DNA of 64,000 bases, from assembly GCA_030141605.1 (NCBI GenBank), contig JAQGDQ010000140.1, forward strand, positions 452,597-516,596, in the 5' to 3' direction. Positions 1 to 12,700 of this stretch are shown here, in pieces. The position numbers and the translations under genes are program-made. Positions within the stretch are counted from its first letter, which is position 1, and every line of letters starts with the position of its first letter. The stretch is from Tubiluchus corallicola. Taxonomy: Eukaryota; Animalia; Priapulida. The notes under the pieces were generated by a model, which searched no databases, had not been told where the DNA came from, and was given only the letters and a program-made list of their open reading frames with translations.

Positions 1-596
1 TGTGAGGGCATGACAGTTGTTAAGACTCATTGACTCTAAATTATGTGATGTTTATAATGGTCAGAATTTATGATGACTTATGCTTCCATATAGAAAGACA
101 CGGAAAAATAAGAACATTCCTAACCCAGTACATTCACGATACCAAAAACTTTGCACCAACTAAAACCAAGTAACTTTTGTAAAACAACTTTTCTATGTTA
201 CAATCAATTTGAAAAGTTCTGATAAGGTTTTCTCAAGAATACCGTCATGAACAATATAAAATGTAGGTTCATCCAGTCTTACTGGCATTAGAAGCAAAGA
301 TGTATGGTCTTTAAATAAATAGTTGATTAAGTGAAGTGTGGTGACAAGATTCATGACCAGAAACAAATAGATTTCATTTTTAATACACCGGAGCACCTTG
401 AACATGGAATCATTATGGTAAATGAAACTGTCCCAGTGAGGATTGAACCCTGGCAGCTACCTACCCATTTATAAACAAACCTCGGCACTGGTTCACTTCT
501 ATCACTAAGCACACACCATAACCATTCGGTTATTTACCTTACCGCTGCAGCAATTAGCGTTCTTTCGAATATCCTGAACCGTTCAAAAACACTAAC

Positions 597-799
597 CTTT
601 ACAGAATAAGCGAGAGAGAGGGTAACGGCAAGTGGAAGACCTTCTGGAACGGCAACAACGAGCACGGTAACACCGATAATGAAGAACTTGACAAAATAGT
701 TGGCATAATATGGATTCCACGATTTGTCCTTTTTGACAAACTCGTCAAAGCAAAATGTGATGATGAGAATGACAACAGTGAGGATGGCAATGGCTGAAC
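597..799 (-). CDS. PMCA: PMCA coding exon 7 (TM3-TM4, [20 protein letters not shown])
   Basis: TTTGCAG|GT acceptor, AAG|GTTAGT donor; 203 nt; PEGL Ca2+-binding motif. Confidence 0.96.
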
Positions 800-3700
800 C
801 TGCAAACATATAAAGGTAAGCAAGCAATTCATTATTTTATTAGAAAATAATTGATATTTATATCAACCAGATTTATTAAAATCATGCAATATGTTTTAAA
901 AAACAGTTGACATCATTGGAGACTGTAAAATAAAATAAAATTATATTATAACCAAAATTATTATTATTAATTTATTTTGTACCATAACGGATACGGCCAT
1001 ATATACAAATATACAAAACATAACAAGGAATTTTTAGTATATGCACACACAAAAAATGAAATTAGTGTGCATAAAATAAACAATTTATAAAAATGACGAA
1101 ATACATAAAAATATCATTAATTTTCACGTACCCTTCACAGATAATCTAGTAAATACACATTAAAAGCATTAATAACTAGACATTCACGTTACCAAACCCT
1201 TCTCATGTGACAATGACTATCATTAGCCACACCTACTGTATATATAACATTAAGTGAATATAATCAATGCTCAAGTTTTCAATTTTAGATAAGTTAAAGA
1301 TTCAATCTAGAGGACAAAACATAAACTGTTAAAATAAATCAAACTTAAAACAATTTTTGCTTGCTGGTTGTCAGAAGTTTTTTTAGTTCCTATTCCTGGA
1401 GTGCTTCAGATTTTCAAAATTAGTAAGCTACAAATCCTTTTAGGCGTCGTTTTGACAGCACAAGTTGTAATATTGGGATATTACATGACAATTTCAGGTG
1501 GTTTTTCTCTGTGATTAGACTTCCAACTAACAAAACTTTATTATGAATAGATTTTACTTAATTTTTTAAGTAATTCATAAAACCTCTAATAAAAATAGTA
1601 AAACTTTTAACAATCAGCCAAACAGTTTAATAACTTTAATAAGTCTACAAAATTCCTGAATTTCTTTTGCTTTTGTTAATAAGTTACATTATAACCGTGA
1701 ATGTTAGAGTGTTTACAAACAATTCGGTTCTTTTTCACAATTATTACCCATTGCGGAGATGTTGAAATATTGTGGACTGGTTGGGATTTGAACCCGAGAC
1801 CTGGGGTTAGTACTCCCATGCTCTACCAAGTAAGATATCAGCACAGCGTGACAAAGGAGGCCTGAGGTTTCCTCCTTGTAGCACACAATCCAACAGAGTC
1901 ACCCCTTGCCCATGACAGTAAGGGGATAGTTACTGTTATAACACTTTTCTCAAAGTAGCCAGCAACTACTACTTCTTTTGCATTCATGTCAAATTTTTAA
2001 AGAAAAGAAATAAAAGTGAATTTCATGTGGCTACGCTTGATTTTTGCTTATAAAAAGTAGAATGTTTTGTCCCGCAGGAAAAAGACAAGGTGTTTTTATA
2101 ATCATACATAATTCCTGTTTCGGTTGCAAACAGTCCTGATGCTGATGTACTCACGACCAATATCACACCAGTAAACATTAGTAGCAGCAAATGAAAATGA
2201 CAGCAGTTTTTTGCAGCGACCATTAATAACAGCCGATGCCACGTCTTTTAGAAGGGCATGCAGGGCACAATCAGCTTCTCCCACGCATTGTTCTTCGCCT
2301 CCACTCAAGGTTAAGTATCTAACTAAAGTTTTTAATGCAGTGTAACTGACAGGCAGCGTTTCAAGCCTAATGAGAATGCTGCCCGATTTTAAAAACTGAT
2401 GGCGAAGAAAATACAACAATACGATTTGCAAATTGGTCACACAATGTTAAACTGAAAAATCGTAGGAAAATTCTGGTCAAGCCGAGGAACATAAATACAT
2501 TAGGGAAGAATATTGAATGGACGGACGGGGTGCGTGTCGTACTGGAAAAGATCCATATTAGGCCTTGCATTTTCACTTTATTCACATAATTAATCTTAGT
2601 TTGTAAACAAGATACATGCTAAAATTGCTAAGAAATCATGCTGTTATATACTAACTAAACCTGTATTCACTACATTTACGTTTTATATAAATTATTAAGT
2701 ACTCCAGCATGTACAAATATATTTTTTCTCAATTAGAGCCAGATGAGACTATTGAAAGTTGCGAATTAAGCAACTTTGTCACAGTAGAAGCGCTAAACTC
2801 AATCAAATGTCTTTGGTTATGAGACTATGCCGTGAGGCGCATTAATTGAATTACACAGTACAAAGCTGCTATGCGAAAAACTAGGATGGTGCTCCTCCTA
2901 GGGGAATCAGAACTTGCACCAGGAAGCAGTGCTCCTTTTAATAAGAGGAATGTGATTACTGGTTTAAACTACCCTGAGCAAGAAAAATGAAAACTGGTAA
3001 AGTAGATTTACACAATAAAGAGCTAGCTGTCAAGTAGGAATTTAATTTTAGTTTAAACATGTTTAGGGCATATTACATTGACATAAATTCATACTATGTA
3101 AGTTCTAAAAATCAAGTGTGCAAGAAAATTTCCATCTCCTTTCATCTTTTTTCAGATCCACACCATTTGAACAATAAATCAATTGTACGAATGTTGAGTT
3201 AAGAGATTTAGAACTGAAATCAATGACAAATATACGTGAATATAAGACGGAAGCCGAGTGGAAATTCCTAACTTAATATGATTTGTGCTGGTTGGCTGAA
3301 ACACACTACAAAAAACAATTTCATAGAAAATAACGCAAAGTGTAGGATTATCTAAGGATAATGATTTCAAAACGGAAGAAGCCAAAATGCCTGCTATGTT
3401 ATATACACTGTGTGTTGTTTGTGAAAACATTAGTTGGCAAACCAGACAAAAACAATTGGAAACACTTATGGTATCAACACTTTTCTCAAATTAGCTGGCA
3501 ACTAACGATATCATTAATTAGTTAAATTATGACTGTGGCTGCTAGAGAGTAGAGTCAGAGAAGTGATACTGGTAATCACAGTCATAATCTAACTAATTAA
3601 AAACTACGAGAAAGAATTTAGGAAAAAACAGGATACAAATATAAATGGCTAAAAATGGACAAAAAGAACGAGACATCTGGCAAGCTTATTTTCAAGAGTT

Positions 3701-6700
3701 AACCAACAAAATGTGTTTAATTCATGACTTACCAATGTAACCAATCTGTATAGCTAATTTTGTGAGTTTAGCTTGTAGTACAGATTTGTCTTTAACATTA
3801 AATCCCTGCTGATCCTCAGCCTCGCCTTCGACCCCGACTGACGAGTCGGCTCCCGGATCTACGATTTGCACTTTCTTGTCATTCTGTGTCTTTTCGACCA
3901 AATCTTCCTTGTGGTTGGTCTGCAGCTGAGACTGTACTTCGTTGAGAACGATGTTGTCCTCAGCTTGTGTTTCATCTACAAAGTTATCAAATACTACATG
4001 TTTGTGCTTTAGTTTAGCAAGAGAAGTAAACTCGAAAGCAGGGAAATTGTACAGTAACTGTTGGTCAGAATAAACAATTCCAAATTCGCTCTTTCATTTA
4101 AATGCTTTTAAAAAATGCCAACCAGGAAAAGTATAATATTAATACTTTTACTGATACTAAATTACAAGATGTAAATAAGAAAAACGCAGATAGAAAAAAT
4201 TTCATTACAAAACAAATAGAAACGCAACAATATAGCTTGATTTTTTTAAGTCATATAACATGACATAACATATGACACAACAGCACAAGACACTTTGAAA
4301 GTCACGACAACATCATCAATAACAAATTTAAAATTTGACAAAAGTTAATTTCTTCAAGAAATACAGTAATATTTTATCTTTAGTCCAGTTTAGAGAGATT
4401 CTTTTCATCATTAGAGCACTTTGTGTTAAAAGGTTACTATAACTCTGTACATAGTTACTGCAGAATATATCGACACCGAACATGGCATGATAATGTTCAT
4501 GGTAAAAAAACAATGGCATGATAAGAGAAAATAAGTAACTGGAGAACAAGTGATTATATGGAATGTGATTAACCCTTTCACTACGGATGGCGGCACACTG
4601 TCGCCTACATTTTTCTTGTAAGGAACTGAAGGTGACAGATTGCCGCCAGAGGTAAGCGCAGTTAAGTTACCCAGGTCTGCTTATTTTTGCTGCTACGGTC
4701 ATGCAAAAACAATTTAGAAGAGTTTAACAGCGGTGGGATTGGCATTGCTTTGCAACAAGTAACGCTAACCAGCCAATCAGCATCTAAAGCCAGGTGCATT
4801 CCATAATACTGTACTGTATGGTCTGTTTCCATGCAAAATCACTTGCAGATCATTGATGAAACGCATGTTTAGTCACTTATTCTGCATCCTTATAAAATAA
4901 TTGCATATTATGGATCAGTAATATGACTTTTGTGAAAATTAGCTTCTAAATATATGTATGTCCTATATGCACGGGCGTGTACGTGCATATATGCGTGCAT
5001 GAGTGCATGTGTACGTGCATGGGTGTGTGTGCATGTATACAAATAAAACTAACATTCAATATTAGTGTTTTATAATATGACTGTTATTTGTTTATTTACA
5101 ATATTATTTTTTAGTAAAACACCACATGAAGTTATTGTCAAATGTGCAGAAGCCAAAGCAGCCCTGTTAAAAAGCAACTACGTAGTGAAAGGGTTAACCA
5201 TGAAGCACTTTGTTAAAAAACTAATCATTTCCATTGTAAACTTTTAATTTTTGTCATTCGCCGAGTTGCATGTCCTAATAACATGGAGAAAATTCATAAA
5301 AAAATGCCACAAAAAAGAAGAAAGGTAGTGTTTAATCTTACCACTGTAGACCATCTTCACGTGAAAAAAGACAGAGACAATCACAAAATACTAACAATTG
5401 TAATCTACAATTGCATTTGCAATAAATGTAAAATTTAATTATTACATTTGGTTTTGTAAGGTAAACACATTCAATATCAATAGCAGAAGACACCATAAGA
5501 ACACAGTCACATAAAACAGCGTACGTTGCACAGAACACAAGCAGCAGAAAACGTTACAAAAGCACTAGGACAGGATCACAGGACAGAAGTAAATAACTTC
5601 TAGCAACAAACTGTTTGATGCACGCAAACCGTTTGTGGTGGGTTACATTTAGTGATCATTTGTCATTATCACCTAAAGTTAGTCCACAGTGGTGGAGTGA
5701 AAATTCGTGTCTTTTCCTTTAATGAGAGATTTTAACGAATTCTATGTCTTTACAAAACAGTCAGGGCTTCATGGGGAATCTTTTTGTTGATATAAATAAT
5801 TGTGCAATTATGCTAAAACTGGTTTATGTTTTCAAAGTCATAATTTTAGACTTCGTAGAGTGCTAAAGCCTGGTGCACACGGACAAGAAAAAATAATGAG
5901 ACAAGAAATAGAACATACTAAATCTGATGTCCATGTATGCTACAAAAAACACAAAAAAAGAAAATTGAAATTTTGTTTCGTGAAATGTTTTGCAATTCCA
6001 GTTTTAGCATAATTACGTATGCCAATGCGGGATAATTCCATACAAAACATCTTCTTGTTTGTCAACTTGCACAAATAAAGCATGCATTGCCACAGCACAG
6101 TGTAATAAACTCTTTACACCAAAAAATAATGAAAACTGCATTTCTCCATGCACGGCACTGTGATCTATCATAAGCAAAACTTACCTAGGAAATCATAAAA
6201 TTGCAAACTGCAAATTAAACCCGACGGAACAACAAACATGGGGGGTAGAAAATAAACAAAGACAACCACTGCAAGAAATGTTACACTTGCAAATAAACAA
6301 TGACAAAAACTTTTCTGCAACAAAAAAATTGGGAATAATCCTGAATAATTCCCCTAAATGACTGCCTAAGTCATTTGAACGGGAACTGTGACTTACAAAT
6401 GGAGGGCGCAATTCCCTCGTGTCCAAAAATCAAAATTTAAGGAAAAAATATTTTCTCATAATGCATTGCCATCATGCTGTACTGTAGCACGGCATTCCAC
6501 CGGCAACGTATGACATGTCATACGTTTTACAAAGCAATAAGCTCTCTGGGGTCGAAAGATAAAGAAAGAAACAGATACAAATAAATCATTCATTCAAGCA
6601 TTCAATACACATGTAATCAGTAGCATCAAACCTTGCGGAATTTCCTGCATCTCTTTATTTTTGCTTTTTTTGCCTAAAGATGGCACCGTCGGCCATGCAA

Positions 6701-9700
6701 AAGAAAGGAAAGCAAATTCGTCAATAGAAAAAGAGCCACTATTTATGACGACAATAAAATAAAAACACATTTTAGAAATGCAATTTTCTAGCTTCAATTT
6801 CCATAATATGTTTTTATTTCCTCAGAATATTAGATGTTCATTCGTTTACAAGATGTGAGAGACAGCCTCAAAACAACATTACAACATCTAAAATAAAGTA
6901 AATTCTTGGAAAACACAATTCCTAAATTTATATAGGTTAGTACGGCTGTCTGTAATTTGCAACACAGAAAAACCACTAGAGGTTTTCGACTTAACAAGCA
7001 CAATGTGCAAAAAATGTAAAAATATCCATAGCGGTCAGCTGAGTAGTAACAGCATGTGACTTACGACCAAAGTAAAGCAATATTACGACCAAGTTAAACG
7101 GATGAGTGATCACTGGTAAAACTGTCTCCAGGTGTTTTTAGCTTCTTAGCTGCATCTGCATTTATCTTTTTGATGGAAAACACATACACATCCAAATGGA
7201 AGACATATCTACTGGTTCAGTAGCTCACTAAGGATTATCTTTGATAAACTATATTACTGTTCTGCCAAATGTGCTAAATAAGCCCTCTCATTTAGTGTTG
7301 GATATCAGCCTACAGCATGCTAAACAATGAAAAACATGAAAAATGTAAATGTCAATTTAAACAAGCTAAGATTATGTCTAAGGCAATGACACACTTATGA
7401 TTTGAGTTGAGTCAACAGCCAGCAAAATCATGAGCAAGAGTGGAAACCATTGTCTCACATCAACAGTCCAAAAACGCTGCAAGAAGTCTGCTAACTGTGA
7501 CAGTACTTGCACTTTCTTGGACAATGATTTGCGTACTTTTTTCACGATGTTTGGTAAAAGATGGCTATGAAAATGTTGATAACATGGCAGCACCCTTAAA
7601 GTGCTCACATGAGCACACAAAAGTCCTGTATACATATATACATCAGTTTGCTTGAAAATCAACAATTAATTATTCACAAGCTTCAATAAAACTCTGACTT
7701 TCTCAACAATACAATCCCAATGCCCGCAGTATTCTCCTAAACGAATAACATTTTCAAAAACACAACTTTCAAATGTCCTCATGCACAATTGAAACAATTT
7801 CTGCATGACAAAACAAGTGAGCTCGATGCTTTGATGCCCTGTATTATCAAGAAAAAACACACAACACACAATCACACACAGAAAATCATGCAAGGCTAAT
7901 AATTAAAACTGAATCAATACCGAAGGAGAAACGTTCGTTTGATAAGCAATTTATACAATAACAAGCCGAGAGAATAACGCGGCAATAATAATTCTTCACA
8001 AAAACATCCCGGTGGAAAATGTCCTTTGAAGCGTTTGAGAATTTTCGGCGTTAAGCGTACTCATAAAACGAACTTTAACAAAATCCATCTACCAAGTTGG
8101 GAAATTTGCGCCGATAATCCAACTTAATGACCCCGACAAAAGCCCGACGTTATCAGACTATGGTCATGTGCGGCATCAACGCTGCTGGGCTGGTAATACT
8201 GTGTATCTGGGTGTCGTCTGTCGAATCCGAGAAAATTTTACGAGGTTTAGGATATACATCACTGACAAAAGTGTCTCATATGCAAACATTACTCCAGAAA
8301 TGTAATGAATTTTTCCGATCTATAGCTTTTAAGTAATCTTTCGTTGCAGAACAAAGTGAAAATCAATACCAATACATGGAACTGAATGCTATATATACAT
8401 ATTTGCCACAAGCAAGATGACTGTAAATGTTGTAAAAAACCTGCAGCTAATGAGCTTGTCTAGTTAATCATACTGATAAATGTTTATCCATTAGCTAAAG
8501 AATAGATAGACAATATAACACAAAGCTCATTTCACGAGAAACAGAAACTTGATCCATCATAGCATTTTAACCCACAACTATTAGCATACTGCAAGCTAGT
8601 GACCAGCACTCAACAGCAATACCTTCTTAGTTTACATGTTTGTGGCAGGACCAGAGCCTGGCTAATTATCAAGGCCTCAACGTTTGGATGCCATCCATTT
8701 TAACACCGTTAATTACTCAGCTACTTCCTTTGCTCATCACTGTACATGATCAGTAGTTCATAAATTATGCTAAGCAGTGTGAAACTGAATTCACAAAATC
8801 GACTTTGTGCATTTTGATTAAGCAGTGCAGGCAGAAAACATCAAAAAGTCAATGGCTAAGCACTAATTTTATAGTCTTGCATCAGCGCAACAAACTCACA
8901 AGGTTTTCTAAATGCTGATAGTAGCACGATAATTCTCAGTTGTTCAGTTCTGTAGAACTGTCTTCCTCATACAGAAAGGAATATATGACTAGTTGACTTT
9001 TCTGTTTTACAGGTATTTTAGTCCAGGTTACTCAACAGTATGTGGAATTAATTTGTAACTAACGGTGCCAAGAAATGGTCATGCAGCGTAGGCTACTTTA
9101 AATAATGCTACAGTACATTCTCCAATCCACTCCAATCCAATCTGAACAGACAGAAAATAACCATCATCAACGTTAATCTCTTGTTTCTTAACGATGTTTC
9201 TCTCTTGCTGTCATTTATGAGTGACAATCTTCTAAACCATGTTTATCTGTAAACATGTCCAGATTCAAACCAAACCAGTTGCGAGCTAGCTGTACAAGAT
9301 GATTGGTGGTCCAATCAGCTTAAGTGTTGTTGTAAATCTTAGTCATCAATTTCACATTGATATTGTCAAGATTACGTCCCGTCTGACAGAACCGTTTAAC
9401 TTTTAAGCCACAAACGAAGCTGACACGAGTGTGGATTCAGATTTTGACATTTAAAGTAGTGAGCAAAGACGTACAGGTATTTAACAAAAACTAGTTCTTA
9501 CGGAGAAAAATGGCCGATTTTTTGTCAAATGTTAAGAGTCATGAAACAGGGCGAAAACTTACACATTTCTGCAGAAAAGCTATAAAACTGGGTGCCGCAG
9601 TAACTGTATGGATAGCCTCATTGGGAAATACATTCTAGAGAGAAGACGAGACATCCAGACTCACTTTCATAAAAGATGGCTAACACTACACAAAACTATA

Positions 9701-12700
9701 CACAGTGAATATGGTTTCACCCTAACAGCCCCTTATAGTGGCAATTTCTGGAACCCACATGTTCAGAAAGAATGAGCTTCAGAAATATCAGGTTCAGAAA
9801 TGCTGTCATCTTTAAAAAGTGTATAGTAAACATGACGGGCATGCGTTAAATTCCACCAAAGCTTACAACGTCAATGCAGGACTGAAGAATGCTGCCTTAA
9901 GGGCGGCTTATGCTTGTTTGAAACGACAACAGACACAAACGTCGGAATACTAAGCAGGCATCTGTGAAGTTCTCGAACAAGCTTAACAGCAGAGCCACTT
10001 AGTAAATTAAGTATCAACACATCTAGGAAATTTTTCCTAGATGCTTAATCTAGGAAATTTTTCCTAGATGCTTATGTGCTTACAAGAAAAATTATATGCT
10101 TACAAGTCTGAAATGAGTACACCATCTGCGATTGTAAGTACCGAGTTTCTTTATACAATATTTTGAAATCAAGCTCAAGGCTCAAAATCAAGCTCCAGTC
10201 TCAAAATCAAGCTCCAGTCTCAAAATCAAGCTCGAGTCTCAAAATCAAGCTCGAGTCTCAAAATCAAGCTCGAGTCTCAAAATCAAGCTCCAGTCTCAAA
10301 ACCAAGCTCGAGTCTCAAAACCAAGCTCGAGTCTCAAAATTAAGCTCGAGTCTCAAAATCAAGCTCGAGTCTCAAAATCAAGCTCGAGTCTCAAAATCAA
10401 GCTCGAGTCTCAAAATCAAGCTCCAGTCTCAAAATCAAGCTGGAGTCACTAAATGAAGCTCCAGTCTCAAAATCAAACTCCAGTCTCAAAATCAAGCTCC
10501 GGTCTCAAAATCAAGCTCCGGTCTCAAAATCAAGCTCCGGTCTCAAAATCAAGCTCCGGTCTCAAAATCAAGCTCGAGTCTCAAAATCAAGCTCGAGTCT
10601 CAAAATCAAGCTCGAGTCTCAAAATCAAGCTCCAGTCTCAAAATCAAGCTCCAGTCTCAAAATCAAGCTCTAGTCTCAAAATCAAGCTCGAGTCTCAAAA
10701 TCAAGCTCGAGCCTCAAAATCAAGATCCAGTCTCAAAATCAAGCTCCAGTCTCAAAATCAAGCTCTAGTCTCAAAATCAAGCTCCAGTCTCAAAATCAAG
10801 CTCGAGTCTCAAAATCAAGCTCCACAAACCTTTGACATCCGAGATCAAAGTGCACAATTTGGACCAGAAGATAGAAAACCAGGAATTTAACAAGATGAAA
10901 ATATGATCCAATGTAGATTTTATAGGGACAAACGCAATGGGAAATTTTACAGGACAAAATGGTAACGCAAATTTCCACGCCAAGATTCAATACCAAGAAA
11001 AAAAGCTGAAAAACAAGTTCGGTTACCTTCAATATAAGTTTCTTTATTGTTTTGGAAATAACAATATTATTAAATCCAGTTAATATTATCATTACCACAA
11101 TCATATTCATTATCAAACTGTTGTAATTAGTAACAATCACTTTATGAATGTCCGTACCTTTTTTCTTTTTCTCTTTTGTTTGCTTCGTTTGCTCTTCTGT
11201 AGCTGCACCTAGCAAGGTAAAAATAATTCCCGTCTGGGAATTTATCCCCACTGCTACAGTTAACATCTTTCCGCTGCCTTCCATCACGTGCGTGCCTACA
11301 AAGTAGATCAATATCAACTTTATTCGTGCTGTCATATTAAAAGTTTTCTATGAATACAAACTAACTGCTCCTATCTAAAGCCTAGCATATCTATATATAG
11401 ATAGAATACAGGGCAAGAAGATGACAAAAACACCATGCTAATGTGTCTTGCAGGGTTTTCGTGTTCGTCCATATGTGCACATAAAATGAACACCCCCCCA
11501 TACAAGAAACTAAAACATGCTGCCCAAAACAGTATTTTATAATGAAGGCGATAAAGGCTGCCATTTTCTTCATGCGTGACTTGTTTTCCATGACTAGTTT
11601 TGTTGCCCTGCAGTTATTTAGCGCTTCATGAAATGGCCAATGTATGCGGCCGACAAACTTCTTGCTTCTGTTTCACGAATCAAGCACTGCTTGTTCGACA
11701 TTACGTTTCGAAAAACATTTGTTTTTGTTTTTTTTTCTATTACACGAGGACGACAAATACCTTGTTTTCTGTTTTCCATTTCGTGCTTTTTCCAATCCAT
11801 GTGTGTTAAACTTAATAACCTTTTCACCAATACTTGTTTGACGGCTTTTGAAGTTACGAAGTCATTCATCACCAAAATTATTTCACTATATCTTGCTATG
11901 CTTTATGGTTTCAAGTTTAACTATATTATTCACGTATTTTTGTTTTAGCGATACCATACCTGAAGTAACAACATACTATGCCAGCTGCAACACAAATATA
12001 ATTGAACTCGGTACGCCTTGCATATTACGTAATGGTTTAATTGGTAAAAGGAAAAAGGAAGCCATCTGGAAAATTAGGCTTATTTCAATGTTTAGCAATT
12101 TAGCAATAAAAGCGTAATAAGCACCCGGTGTATTAGTAACATCACTCTAAAGTTGCGACCGCTTAACGCTTGGGTGCTTCCATTTTGAATGCCCATTTTT
12201 CCACCAGTGATGTCATTCATCAAGAAAAACAAGACAATGTTAATTTTTCTCAAAGTATAATAAGTTTCTACAATAATTAAAAACAATTGTGGTATTTTTG
12301 CAAGAACATTAAGCTGCAAAAGTTTGAATTAGTTTAAGCAGAGTGCGCTTATGGAAAGTTCCGATGCAGTAAAGAAATCACGCATCCACCATGCTTTATA
12401 GACAGTTTTATTGTAAATTTCTTTGTTATATTTTTCTGAGTTTACGTGATAACAGCCAAATAAGCTCTACATTGCTAAGTGATTTGTGTTTTTCTTAAAT
12501 AATACACCACACGTAAGGTAAATATTTACCAGACAATAGTAAAGGATCTCGTTGTTCTCCCTTTTTAACTTGATCTGATTCGCCAGTCAGTGAGCTTTCA
12601 TCTACCTTCAAATCGTTACTTTGTATAATTATGCCATCTGCTGGTAGAAGATCACCTAAACAATGAAATATCTATCTTTAATAAACTGCCATGAACATAC

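Noticed and set aside
1773-1845. Functional tRNA gene
   Set aside because: A and B boxes are present but the acceptor and anticodon stems are broken; embedded in repeat sequence.
5342-5354. DGLQ peptide match to the vertebrate PMCA2 site-A insert
   Set aside because: Only four residues, and in that frame the 13-nt exon creates a TGA with the next exon; likely coincidence.
7065-7155. Possible site-A exon (48-nt [16 protein letters not shown], or [10 protein letters not shown]...)
   Set aside because: Acceptors lack a good pyrimidine tract, the longer version hits a stop, and a hydrophobic peptide is implausible in a cytosolic loop.
10163-10890. 97-aa and 145-aa Ser/Lys/Gln repeat ORFs
   Set aside because: Translation of a 19-bp minisatellite antisense within a PMCA intron; no independent gene structure.
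10796-11335. 179-aa ORF as a standalone membrane protein
   Set aside because: Only 11158-11295 is a PMCA exon; the rest is intronic read-through.
11389-12030. Possible Helitron-like element starting ATCTATATATAG with several overlapping ORFs
   Set aside because: No 3' hairpin/CTRR end, TIR or second copy could be identified; ORFs lack recognisable motifs.
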